Positions 1 through 8,948 of a DNA stretch of 64,000 nucleotides are shown here, piece by piece. Positions within the stretch are counted from its first letter, which is position 1. Each line of letters opens with the position of its first letter. A program made the position numbers and the translations under genes. The stretch comes from Thainema sp. (GTDB lineage: Bacteria > Cyanobacteriota > Cyanobacteriia > Phormidesmidales > Phormidesmidaceae), in assembly GCA_052168235.1 (NCBI GenBank), contig JBQLZK010000003.1, positions 64,001-128,000 of the forward strand, in the 5' to 3' direction. The notes under the pieces were generated by a model. It had not been told where the DNA came from, searched no databases, and saw nothing but the letters and a program-made list of their open reading frames with translations.

Positions 1-2
1 GC

Positions 3-2111
3 GAGTTCTTTGGTCAGCACACGCTGGCCACGCCTAGCTACGTGCGAAAGCGGCGGCGGGCGGCCTCCAAGCAGGTTGATCCGAATAAGCTGCGGCCTGG
101 TGATTTTGTCGTGCATCGCAACCACGGCATTGGCCAGTTCATCAAGCTGGAAAGCCTGACGATCAACAACGAAACGCGGGAGTACCTGGTTCTCAAGTAC
201 GAAGATGGTCTGCTGCGGGTGGCAGCGGATCAGGTGGGTTCGCTCTCCCGCTTCCGCAGTACGGGCGGTGAGCGACCGACGCTGAACAAGATGTCCGGCA
301 AAGCCTGGGAGCGCACTAAGAGCAAAGTCCGCAAGGCCATTAAGAAAGTGGCGGTGGATCTGCTCCAGCTCTACGCGCAGCGGGCGCAGAATACGGGCTA
401 TTCCTACCCAGAAGACATGCCTTGGCAGGAGGAACTGGAGGATTCGTTCCCCTATCAGCCGACGCCGGATCAGCTCAAGTCGGTGCAGGACGTGAAGCGG
501 GACATGGAAAGCGAGCGGCCAATGGATCGGCTAGTCTGTGGCGATGTAGGCTTTGGTAAAACGGAAGTCGCGATTCGGGCCATTTTCAAAGCCATTACCG
601 CCGGAAAGCAAGTGGCGCTACTGGCTCCCACCACGATTTTGACCCAGCAGCACTACCACACGCTGAAGGAGCGGTTTGCGCCCTATCCCATCCAGGTTGG
701 TCTGCTCAACCGTTTCCGGACAGCTAGTGAACGCAAGGACATTCAGCAGCGGCTGGCGACGGGTGAGCTAGATGTGGTGGTGGGGACGCACCAGCTTCTA
801 GGCAAAGCGGTTCAGTTCAAAGACTTGGGCCTGCTGGTGGTGGACGAAGAACAGCGGTTCGGCGTTAACCAGAAAGAAAAAATCAAGGCGATGAAAACCC
901 AGGTGGACGTACTCACCCTCAGCGCTACGCCGATTCCTCGGACGCTCTACATGGCGCTGTCAGGGGTGCGGGAAATGAGCCTGATTACTACGCCACCGCC
1001 GTCTCGTCGGCCTATTAAGACCCATCTTTCACCCTACGATCCGGAAACGGTGCGCTCAGCCATTCGCCAAGAACTGGATCGGGGTGGCCAGGTGTTTTAC
1101 GTGGTGCCCCGCGTCGAGGGCATCGAAGAAATTTCCGCTCGCCTGCGGGAAATGGTGCCCAGCGCTCGTTTGGCAGTAGCACATGGCCAAATGCCAGAGG
1201 GTGAACTGGAAGCAACGATGCTGGCCTTCAGCACGGGCGAGGCCGACATTCTGGTCTGTACGACGATTATCGAATCGGGACTGGATATTCCCCGCGTCAA
1301 CACGATTCTGATTGAAGATGCTCAGCGGTTTGGTTTGGCTCAGCTCTACCAACTGCGGGGTCGCGTCGGGCGGGCGGGTATTCAAGCCCATGCCTGGCTG
1401 CTGTATCCCAAGCAAAGTTCCTTGACCGATAAGGCCCGGAAGCGGCTGCGAGCCATTCAGGAATTTACCCAGCTCGGTTCCGGCTATCAGCTAGCGATGC
1501 GCGACATGGAAATTCGCGGTGTGGGTAATTTGCTCGGTGCCGAACAGTCCGGCCAAATGGAGGCGATTGGTTTCGACCTCTATATGGAAATGCTAGAAGA
1601 GTCGCTGGCCGAAATTCGCGGTCAGGAAATTCCGCAGGTGGACGAGACTCAAATCGACCTCAACTTCACGGCCTTTATCCCTGCCGATTACATCCCCGAT
1701 CTGGATCAGAAGATGAGCGCTTATCGTGCGATCGCATCTGCCCAGTCGAAGAAAGAACTCACCGAAATTGCTGCCGACTGGAACGATCGCTATGGCCCAA
1801 TCCCAACAGCAGCCAGTCAGCTCATCCGAATTATGGAGCTGAAGCAGGTAGCACGCAAGCTGGGTTTCTCACGGATTGCGCCCGAAGGCAAGCAGCACGT
1901 GGCCCTGGAAACGCCAATGGAAGAACCCGCATGGAACCTGCTGAAGGAAAATCTGCCCGCTCACCTGCATTCTCGGTTTGTCTATTCTCCGGGCAAGGTA
2001 ACGGTGCGCGGCTTGGGTTCGCTCAAACCTGATCAGCAGCTTGATAACCTGGTGGATTGGCTGAGCCGCATGCAGGGTGCGCTGCCGGAACCTGCCCTGG
2101 CTGAGAAATGA
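3..2111 (+). CDS. mfd: Transcription-repair coupling factor (5' end outside window)
   Basis: CarD-like RID ([12 protein letters not shown]), SF2 motifs [34 protein letters not shown] motif, C-terminal TRCF domain; frame open from the window edge. Confidence 0.97.
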   Translation, partial: EFFGQHTLATPSYVRKRRRAASKQVDPNKLRPGDFVVHRNHGIGQFIKLESLTINNETREYLVLKYEDGLLRVAADQVGSLSRFRSTGGERPTLNKMSGKAWERTKSKVRKAIKKVAVDLLQLYAQRAQNTGYSYPEDMPWQEELEDSFPYQPTPDQLKSVQDVKRDMESERPMDRLVCGDVGFGKTEVAIRAIFKAITAGKQVALLAPTTILTQQHYHTLKERFAPYPIQVGLLNRFRTASERKDIQQRLATGELDVVVGTHQLLGKAVQFKDLGLLVVDEEQRFGVNQKEKIKAMKTQVDVLTLSATPIPRTLYMALSGVREMSLITTPPPSRRPIKTHLSPYDPETVRSAIRQELDRGGQVFYVVPRVEGIEEISARLREMVPSARLAVAHGQMPEGELEATMLAFSTGEADILVCTTIIESGLDIPRVNTILIEDAQRFGLAQLYQLRGRVGRAGIQAHAWLLYPKQSSLTDKARKRLRAIQEFTQLGSGYQLAMRDMEIRGVGNLLGAEQSGQMEAIGFDLYMEMLEESLAEIRGQEIPQVDETQIDLNFTAFIPADYIPDLDQKMSAYRAIASAQSKKELTEIAADWNDRYGPIPTAASQLIRIMELKQVARKLGFSRIAPEGKQHVALETPMEEPAWNLLKENLPAHLHSRFVYSPGKVTVRGLGSLKPDQQLDNLVDWLSRMQGALPEPALAEK

Positions 2112-2416
2112 ACCCATTCATGCCCAGGTTACAACACCGTTTCTGCAAGTTGTCTTGATATCGCTGCAGTCAACTCTGTTAGGGACACGGACATTTTGTG
2201 GCACGGCAAAGCCGTGCCACAAAATGTCATAACCAATATGACTATCGCTAAGCTTGAGGTGATCTGTTCCTGATCTTTGATGTGATCTGTGTCAGTTTTC
2301 GGTGGTTTGGGCACCCTGATTTTATATTCCCTTAAGATCTGCCTTCGACCTGCCTTGGAATGTCTAAGGGTAGGGAGACTCTACTCCCCCAATCCAAAGC
2401 AAGAAAAACTACTGAC

Positions 2417-3379
2417 ATGGAAGCACCCAAACATCCAGAACAAGAAGTCGAACGCCTCGATACACTCAAGGCGCTACATTTACTGGATACTGATCCAGAA
2501 GAACGTTTTGATCGGCTCACTCGTATAGCCAAACGTTTGTTTGGTGTCCCCATTGCTTTGGTCAGCCTTATTGACTTTAATCGGCAATGGTTCAAATCCA
2601 ATCAGGGATTATCCGCTCAAGAAACCCCAAGGGATATCTCGTTCTGTGGTCACGCCATTTTGGGCAACGATGTCTTTGTCGTACCTGACACGCTATTAGA
2701 CAAACGGTTTCATGATAATCCGTTAGTTGTCAATGATCCGAAAATTCGCTTCTATGCAGGTGTGCCGCTACAAGTGCCAAACGGCAGCAAGCTCGGTACG
2801 CTGTGTTTAATTGATCGCGATCCACGATCAATGAACCAAGATGATTTGGACTTACTCCGCGATTTGGGACACATGGCCGAGCGCGAACTAGCCGCCGTTC
2901 AGCTTGCAACGCTAGATGATTTAACGCTGATCTCCAATCGGCGTGGGCTGATGGCGCTCGGTTCACATACGCTGAATCTCTGTACGCGTCTCCAGAAAAA
3001 GGCTATTTTACTGCTGTTTGATCTGAATCGCTTTAAAGCAATTAACGACCGATATGGTCATGCCGAAGGCGATCGCGCACTCGTTGCGTTTGCCCAACTT
3101 CTCAAAGATACATTTCGCGAGTCCGATGTGATTGCCAGACTCGGTGGAGACGAATTTGTGGTGTTGCTCAGCCAGGCTGACGTGACTGAAGCGGAACAGA
3201 TTTTAAAGCGCCTCACGCAAGCCTGCGATGACCACAATCGTCAAGCGTCTCGCGGTTACCAGTTGTTATACAGTGTGGGTCTAGCTGAGTTTGATTGTGA
3301 GCGATCGCAGTCTATCGATGACCTATTACAATTAGCTGATCAGCGCATGTATGTAAACAAGAAAAGCCGCTGTTCCTAA
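2417..3379 (+). CDS. GAF-GGDEF diguanylate cyclase
   Basis: GAF (RDISFCGHAI...IRFYAGVPL) plus GGDEF domain (FKAINDRYGHAEGD, ARLGGDEF) with RESD I-site; ATG 2417 preferred over 2360. Confidence 0.92.
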   Translation: MEAPKHPEQEVERLDTLKALHLLDTDPEERFDRLTRIAKRLFGVPIALVSLIDFNRQWFKSNQGLSAQETPRDISFCGHAILGNDVFVVPDTLLDKRFHDNPLVVNDPKIRFYAGVPLQVPNGSKLGTLCLIDRDPRSMNQDDLDLLRDLGHMAERELAAVQLATLDDLTLISNRRGLMALGSHTLNLCTRLQKKAILLLFDLNRFKAINDRYGHAEGDRALVAFAQLLKDTFRESDVIARLGGDEFVVLLSQADVTEAEQILKRLTQACDDHNRQASRGYQLLYSVGLAEFDCERSQSIDDLLQLADQRMYVNKKSRCS

Positions 3380-3421
3380 TGCGATCGCACTCTGCCTTGA
3401 TTCTCTATTACCGTTACGTAT

Positions 3422-3793
3422 ATGAGTAAAAGCGGTTGGAATATCTGGACGATATTGGGTATTCTCACGATCCTGACGACTGTTTTATTTTTGGCCGGAG
3501 TGCCGGAGCGCCTAGCAGTTTTGCCACCGGATCAGCATCCCAAACTCATTATTGGTGTTGCTATTTTCACCTGTCTGTTGATTGCGATCGCACTTGCCTG
3601 TTTAGTGCCGAGGAGTCGTCCATTTACGTTGCGAATTTTGGGCGCAATTGGGCTAGCAGGAAGCATTTTTATTCTGATAGATGGTTTTCAACAGCGCAAT
3701 TTTTCCCAGTTTCCAATCACGCTGGTGTTTTGGTTGCCGGGTTCGATCTATTTAATGCTCAAGGGCAAGATGAACAGCGGATCTTCTGAATAA
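3422..3793 (+). CDS. Hypothetical membrane protein (about 4 TM)
   Basis: ATG-started 123-aa ORF with four hydrophobic segments. Confidence 0.7.
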   Translation: MSKSGWNIWTILGILTILTTVLFLAGVPERLAVLPPDQHPKLIIGVAIFTCLLIAIALACLVPRSRPFTLRILGAIGLAGSIFILIDGFQQRNFSQFPITLVFWLPGSIYLMLKGKMNSGSSE

Positions 3794-3906
3794 GTAAATG
3801 TGGATCTTCTGAACAAGTGGAAGTGCGATCGCCATCCACAAATCGCAGTTGCGTATTATTCTTCCTGAGCTAGGATGGAGCAAATTTTAGCGTTTCAGGC
3901 AAGAGG

Positions 3907-6146
3907 ATGACTGGATTTGAGCCGCTGATTGGCTGGGGAGTGGGGCTAATCTCCAGCATTGCCACCGACATTTTTAAAGAGCGAGCCAAAAAGCTAGCAG
4001 ATAAATGGGATTTTGACCTCCTAGATCGCGAATTGCGCCGAGCATCAGAGCAGTATATCAAGAACTACGAAAAGCGACATGGTCAACTAAAAATCGTTTG
4101 TGCCGGGATGGATGCTCCGGTCAAGCTGGATGAGGTGTATACAGCGGTTGAGTTTTTGGACTCTTCAACGCGACGATACTTTCGCGATGCGGATTCCCTA
4201 GAAGACTGGTTTCGCAAAAGTGGCAAGCGTAGCTTCTCCTATTCTCATTCAACGAAACAAAAAGGGATTAAGGTTGCGAATCGAGAGCAATACTTGCTGG
4301 TGTTGGGTGGGCCAGGAGTGGGGAAATCGACTTTTTTGCGAAAGGTAGGTTTAGAAGCGCTGAAGGGAAAGCAAGGTGAATATGAGCATCGCTGTATTCC
4401 GGTGATGCTGGAACTGCGGCTGTTGACGAAAGAGATTACGGTTGAACAGGCGATTGCTAAAGAGTTTGCCACCTGTGGATTTCCAGAAGCAGCAGAATTT
4501 ACGACGGGAGCATTGGAAAATGGCAAGCTGCTGGTGCTGCTGGATGGCTTGGATGAAGTCCCCAGCGATCATCTGAATATTGCGATTCAGCAGATTCAAG
4601 ATTTAGTGGATCGCTATGGCGATAATCGCTTTATTGCTTCTTGTCGAACGGTGGCCTATCACGGTGGGTTTCCGCACTTCAAAGATGTAATGATGGCGGC
4701 CTTTGAGGATGAACAGATTGAGCAGTTTATTCGAGCTTGGTTTCGTTCCGAGAAGGATCGGGAATTAGGAACGGCGCAGAAATGTTGGGAGTTGTTGAAC
4801 AGTAAGGACTATGCGGCGGCGAAGGAACTGGCGCAAACGCCGCTGTTGCTGACGCTGCTGTGTGTGGTGTATGACCAACTGCAAGATTTTCCAAAGAAAC
4901 GAGCACCGCTGTATGGCGAAGCATTGGATGTGCTGCTGAGTAAATGGGCAGCGGAAAAACGACTGGAACGTGACCCAATCTATCGAGAATTAAGTCCAGA
5001 ATTAGAGCGAATTTTGCTGTCTGAAATTGCCTATGATAGCTTTGCTGAAGATCAGCTTTTCTTCTCGCAGCAAACAGTTACAGATCAAATCAAAGAGTTT
5101 TTGATTAGTAATCTGAATGCACCCAAACATTTGAATAGCGAAGCGGTTTTAGATGCAATTGAGCTTCAGCAAGGCATTTTAGTGGAACGAGCGCGAGATA
5201 CCTATTCGTTTTCGCATCTGACGCTGCAAGAATATTTGACAGCAAAATACATCGTTGATAATCAGCAGGTTGATTGGCTAGTTGAAAATCACCTAACTGA
5301 TGAACGCTGGCGAGAGGTGTTTTTGCTGGTAGCGGGGTTTATGCCTGGACGGACTGGAGCAGATACACTACTGGAAAAAATGGAGCAGCAAGCACAGATT
5401 TACGCCGTCAAACCGAAGCTACAAGCACTGCTGCAATGGGCAAATGAAGCTACAGCAGGATCAGAAAGCGCTATCAAACCCGCTGCGAAACGCACAGCCG
5501 CAGTATTTCTAGCCATCACCTGTGCCATCGCCCGCGCCCGCGCCCTCAATCTCGACCTCACCTGCCCCCCGCTCTTGACCGCATCATTGCTCTTGCTCGC
5601 GCCATCGACCGCAACCGTGTCCTCGATCTGGCCATCGCTCGTGCCCACACCCGTTCTAGCTCCATCGCCGTCGACATCAACCGTGCCCGCGACATCGACC
5701 ACACTCGCGCCATTACACTTACTCGCGCCAGTAACTATCACGACCGCGACTATGCCCGTAAGCTTGCTCATGCCCGCGACCATATCCTTGACAACAACCG
5801 CGACCGCGACTATGCCATTGCCTCAGAATTCGAAAAAGTAAAAGTCTTTAAACTCTTTGATGCTAATGTTCTTAGATCTACTTTGTATGATGTGCAGTGG
5901 ACATTATTAAGTAATGATGATACTCGATCCGTTTTTGATACATTTATTGAGAAAACATGGCAAGCCTGGTTCGATACACTAGGGCTTGATGCTGATACTG
6001 CAACTTTCTCTAAAGAAGAAGTGGATGCTCTAAATAACTATTTCTACGCCAACGAACTAATGGTTCGCTGTAAAAAAGCCGCTGTAAGAGTTTCACCCGA
6101 CACGTGGGCAGGCATTGAAGACCGTATGCTGCGCGTCATAGACTGA
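3907..6146 (+). pseudogene. NACHT-domain (STAND) NTPase with a one-base frameshift near the C6 tract at 5565-5570
   Basis: Walker A GGPGVGKST, Walker B LLDGLDEV, TPLLL, FSHLTLQEY, WREVFLL; from 5571 the alternative frame reads ALDRIIALARAIDR... without a stop into the 5883-6146 ORF (YFYANELMVRCKKAAVRVSPDTWAGIEDRML). Confidence 0.85.
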
Positions 6147-6192
6147 GGGTTTTAGTCTACAGTACATAGAACAACGCATCAGGGACAAATTA

Positions 6193-6414
6193 ATGGCAGA
6201 TTCATTTGAGCAAAAGTATCCCAACATAACTCGATTTGTTGAAGGAGGTGGCTCGATTGAACTTGGCGACCATGAGATGATCCCATCTTTCGCCAGAGCC
6301 TACGATATGGGCGGCACAGTTTACGAGGGCGAATCATCTTATCCCAGCCTGGACGACGCTTTTCAGGATTTGGAAGACCATATTAAAGACTGGCTCGAAG
6401 AAATAGGAATCTAG
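6193..6414 (+). CDS. Small acidic hypothetical protein
   Basis: ATG after AGGGA, 73 aa, natural protein composition; 4-bp overlap with the convergent HTH gene. Confidence 0.75.
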   Translation: MADSFEQKYPNITRFVEGGGSIELGDHEMIPSFARAYDMGGTVYEGESSYPSLDDAFQDLEDHIKDWLEEIGI

Positions 6415-6647
6415 CTAATTGGCCCCAAATCATCTGGTAAATCTTCAATTGTCCAATGCAAAATTCGACAGAGCGCTTTAACCTGCGGCAGCGTTAGCTT
6501 CGCTTCTTTGTAGCGCCCCGTTTCCCAATTGCTCACCGTCCGCACCGACACATTTGCCGCCGTTGCAACATCTCGCTGCGTCAAACCCAGCTCCTCGCGG
6601 CGCTGCTTCAATACTGATTCAGATGCGGACGGGTTCTCTATCATCAA
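6411..6647 (-). CDS. XRE/Cro-like HTH regulator
   Basis: RREELGLTQRDVATAANVSVRTVSNWETG. Confidence 0.9.
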   Translation of the reverse strand: MMIENPSASESVLKQRREELGLTQRDVATAANVSVRTVSNWETGRYKEAKLTLPQVKALCRILHWTIEDLPDDLGPIS

Positions 6648-6652
6648 AACGC

Positions 6653-6877
6653 CTACTGCGATTTCTCAGTTGCCTGCACCAACTCTTCCATTGAGCAATT
6701 CAGCAACTCAATCAGCTTTTGCACCTGGGCTACCGTCATCTTCGGCGTCTTCGGACTCGTTTCCCACACATAAATTGTTTTTTCCGTAACCCCTAGCGCC
6801 GCCGCCACTTCACGGCGCGTCAAATCCGCCCGATTACGCAAATCCATCAGAGAGACTTGATCGCTCTGGTTCGTCAT
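6653..6877 (-). CDS. XRE/Cro-like HTH regulator
   Basis: LRNRADLTRREVAAALGVTEKTIYVWET. Confidence 0.9.
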   Translation of the reverse strand: MTNQSDQVSLMDLRNRADLTRREVAAALGVTEKTIYVWETSPKTPKMTVAQVQKLIELLNCSMEELVQATEKSQ

Positions 6878-6895
6878 ACTATACTGCTTGGTAAT

Positions 6896-6924
6896 TACCG
6901 TTCGGTATAGAAGGAACGGTATAG
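6896..6924. promoter_or_regulatory. Candidate operator TACCGTTC-N10-GAACGGTA
   Basis: 8-bp inverted repeat plus direct repeat CGGTATAG x2 in the divergent promoter between the HTH pair and the 7053 gene. Confidence 0.45.
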
Positions 6925-7052
6925 TTAACTAATCTTCAACTGGCAAGTCGTCCCAAAAGCCGGGGCTTCGAGCCGATTGCCTTATTTAGTTTCTCATCAA
7001 GTGGTGAGCCTGTCGCCCATCGCTGCAAATTCGTGTGTCTGGAAATACCCTT

Positions 7053-7313
7053 ATGAACTACCGCGATCAACTCCATCCCTGGTGCATCATCCGCCTGCTG
7101 CCCAAAGCTCAGCGCATCACCATCGCCCGCTTCCGCCAGCGCAATGCCGCCGAAGAACATCTCAAAGTCCTGCGTCGCCTCATGCCCAGCGCCATCTTCG
7201 TCATTCTCTTCGAGTCTCCCCAGCCTTCGTCTAAACCGTTCAGTTCTTCTGAGATAGACCCGCAAAACCCGTGCCGCTCTCAGCTTAAGATGGATAATCA
7301 ACCAGAACGTTAA
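7053..7313 (+). CDS. Small cyanobacterial hypothetical protein
   Basis: MNYRDQLHPWCIIRLLP...ARFRQRNAAEEHLKVLRRLMP resembles a recurrent cyanobacterial small-protein family. Confidence 0.7.
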   Translation: MNYRDQLHPWCIIRLLPKAQRITIARFRQRNAAEEHLKVLRRLMPSAIFVILFESPQPSSKPFSSSEIDPQNPCRSQLKMDNQPER

Positions 7314-7335
7314 CGGATGATCGGAGGAGAATGGT

Positions 7336-7512
7336 ATGAGTGATGCGATCGCATGGACAGAAGAAGCAAAAGCACGACTAAAAGAAATTCCCTTTTTTGT
7401 GCGTCCGGCTGCCCGCAAGAAAATTGAAAAGTTTGCTCAAGAAATGGGAGCCACGCAAATTACCGAAGAAGTCTATGAACAAGCCAAGCAAAAATTTGGC
7501 TCAAATGAGTGA
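7336..7512 (+). CDS. Stand-alone PCP_red-domain protein (58 aa, not in ORF track)
   Basis: Hand translation MSDAIAWTEEAKARLKEIPFFVRPAARKKIEKFAQEMGATQITEEVYEQAKQKFGSNE*; GGAGGAG upstream; WTxEA...IPFFVR signature. Confidence 0.88.
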   Translation: MSDAIAWTEEAKARLKEIPFFVRPAARKKIEKFAQEMGATQITEEVYEQAKQKFGSNE

Positions 7513-8093
7513 CAATCAAACAAAATAAGGTTGAAAGATTCAAGAATTGGGCTCAATTTAATGAAGAGTTTTTGAGCGGAAGACTTGAATTGGGATCATT
7601 TAAAATCCCGCATTTAAAAGCGCAACAGCATCCGATTCAATCAACCTAAACATTTCCTTCCATTCATTAATACTATCTAGAGCTGAATCTCAAGCCTTGG
7701 CCAGTTAAGCGCTGTGTCGTTCGATTGAAATAGCCTTGGCGAGATGCAGTACTCTCTAAGTGATGAAATAGGAAACGTTGGCGATTCGTTTGGATGCTGT
7801 TGCGAGTTGACTATCCAGTGAATCTAATTCGGAGTTTATACGAACCTCCTATTACGCTGTGGACTGGACTTTGAAAGTAGAAGCTTTTTGCTTCTGTCTG
7901 TAAGTAGAAGCTGTTCGCTTCTGTTATTAGAATACTGCGTTTTTTTCTAAGATTGGGTGAATGAGAACAAAGTTTACGATAGCGAGAGTAAGCCTCTCAT
8001 TTCCCTGTTTGATTCACTGATCGCACCAAAACCTAAAGCTTTATCTCCTTGTCACACGATTGACATAGGAGGTTCATAACCACTGCTTATATT

Positions 8094-8254
8094 AAGGATG
8101 TCAGCCCAAGAAGCACCACAATTGCTTCTCACACCACGCTCCTTCACGTTGACGACTTGGGCTGACCTTCATCTTTTAGAGTTCACACCTCACACCCACA
8201 GCTCAGAGGAGTTCTTCGCCAGCCATGTGTCGGCAACAGAACTCCTCTATTTTT
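8094..8254 (+). ncRNA. Candidate small RNA with two Yfr1-like CUCACAC motifs
   Basis: 5' stem GTCAGCCCAAG (8100-8110)/CTTGGGCTGAC (8156-8166), motifs CTTCTCACACCAC and ACCTCACACCCAC, 3' hairpin AGAGGAGTTC/GAACTCCTCT followed by ATTTTT; TATATT just upstream. Confidence 0.4.
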
Positions 8255-8337
8255 GTTCTTGGGTGCAAAACGGGTGTCTATGCCATATAGTCGTAATACC
8301 AGCCAAACTGGTACAAACAGACCAGCAGGATAGACAA

Positions 8338-8898
8338 ATGGGCAACCGCTGTGCATGGGTCGGCGATGACCCGCTGATGATTGAATATCATGACCAGGAA
8401 TGGGGTGTCCCGGTGCATGATGATCGACACTTCTTTGAAAAGATCATCCTCGACGGAGCGCAGGCTGGCTTAAGCTGGCGCACCATTCTGCACAAGCGCG
8501 AGAACTACCGCAACGCCTTTGACAACTTCGACCCGCAAAAAGTCGCCCAGTACGACGATGCCAAGTACCAAGCCCTGCTCCAAAATCCCGGTATCGTCCG
8601 CAATCGCCTCAAAGTCGCCTCCGCCATTACCAATGCCCAAGCCTTTCTAGCCGTCCAGTCCGAATTTGGCAGCTTTGACCGCTACATTTGGCAGTTTGTT
8701 GGCAACGAAACCATCCAAAATACCTGGCAAACCCCAGAGCAAGTTCCCGCCACCTCTCCAGAGTCCGACGCCCTCAGCAAAGATCTGAAAAAACGCGGCT
8801 TCAAGTTTGTCGGCTCCACCATCTGCTACGCCTTCATGCAGGCAGCCGGACTAGTGAATGACCATACGGTTGACTGCTTTCGGCACAGTGAATTGTAA
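8338..8898 (+). CDS. tag: DNA-3-methyladenine glycosylase I
   Basis: RCAW...YHDQEWGVP, QAGLSWRTIL, KKRGFKFVGSTICYAFMQAAGLVNDH; homology starts at ATG 8338. Confidence 0.95.
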   Translation: MGNRCAWVGDDPLMIEYHDQEWGVPVHDDRHFFEKIILDGAQAGLSWRTILHKRENYRNAFDNFDPQKVAQYDDAKYQALLQNPGIVRNRLKVASAITNAQAFLAVQSEFGSFDRYIWQFVGNETIQNTWQTPEQVPATSPESDALSKDLKKRGFKFVGSTICYAFMQAAGLVNDHTVDCFRHSEL

Positions 8899-8909
8899 AT
8901 CTAAAAAGT

Positions 8910-8946
8910 AAGGATTTTGCCGCCGTGTTACGGCGGCAAAATCCTT
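8910..8946. terminator. 17-bp perfect hairpin between convergent tag and menE
   Basis: AAGGATTTTGCCGCCGT-GTT-ACGGCGGCAAAATCCTT. Confidence 0.7.
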
Positions 8947-8948
8947 CT

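Noticed and set aside
3779..3818. Direct repeat GGATCTTCTGAA(T/C)AAGT as an att site for the NACHT island
   Set aside because: Copies are only about 23 bp apart and no partner was seen at the other end; more likely a local duplication
5400..5783. 127-aa antisense ORF inside NACHT
   Set aside because: Shadow of the low-complexity repeat tract
5883..6146. 87-aa ORF as an independent gene
   Set aside because: Frame is open upstream to the frameshift site; it is the NACHT C-terminus
8098..8337. 80-aa N-terminal extension of Tag
   Set aside because: Tag motifs begin at ATG 8338 with AGGA upstream; the extension spans a terminator-like hairpin
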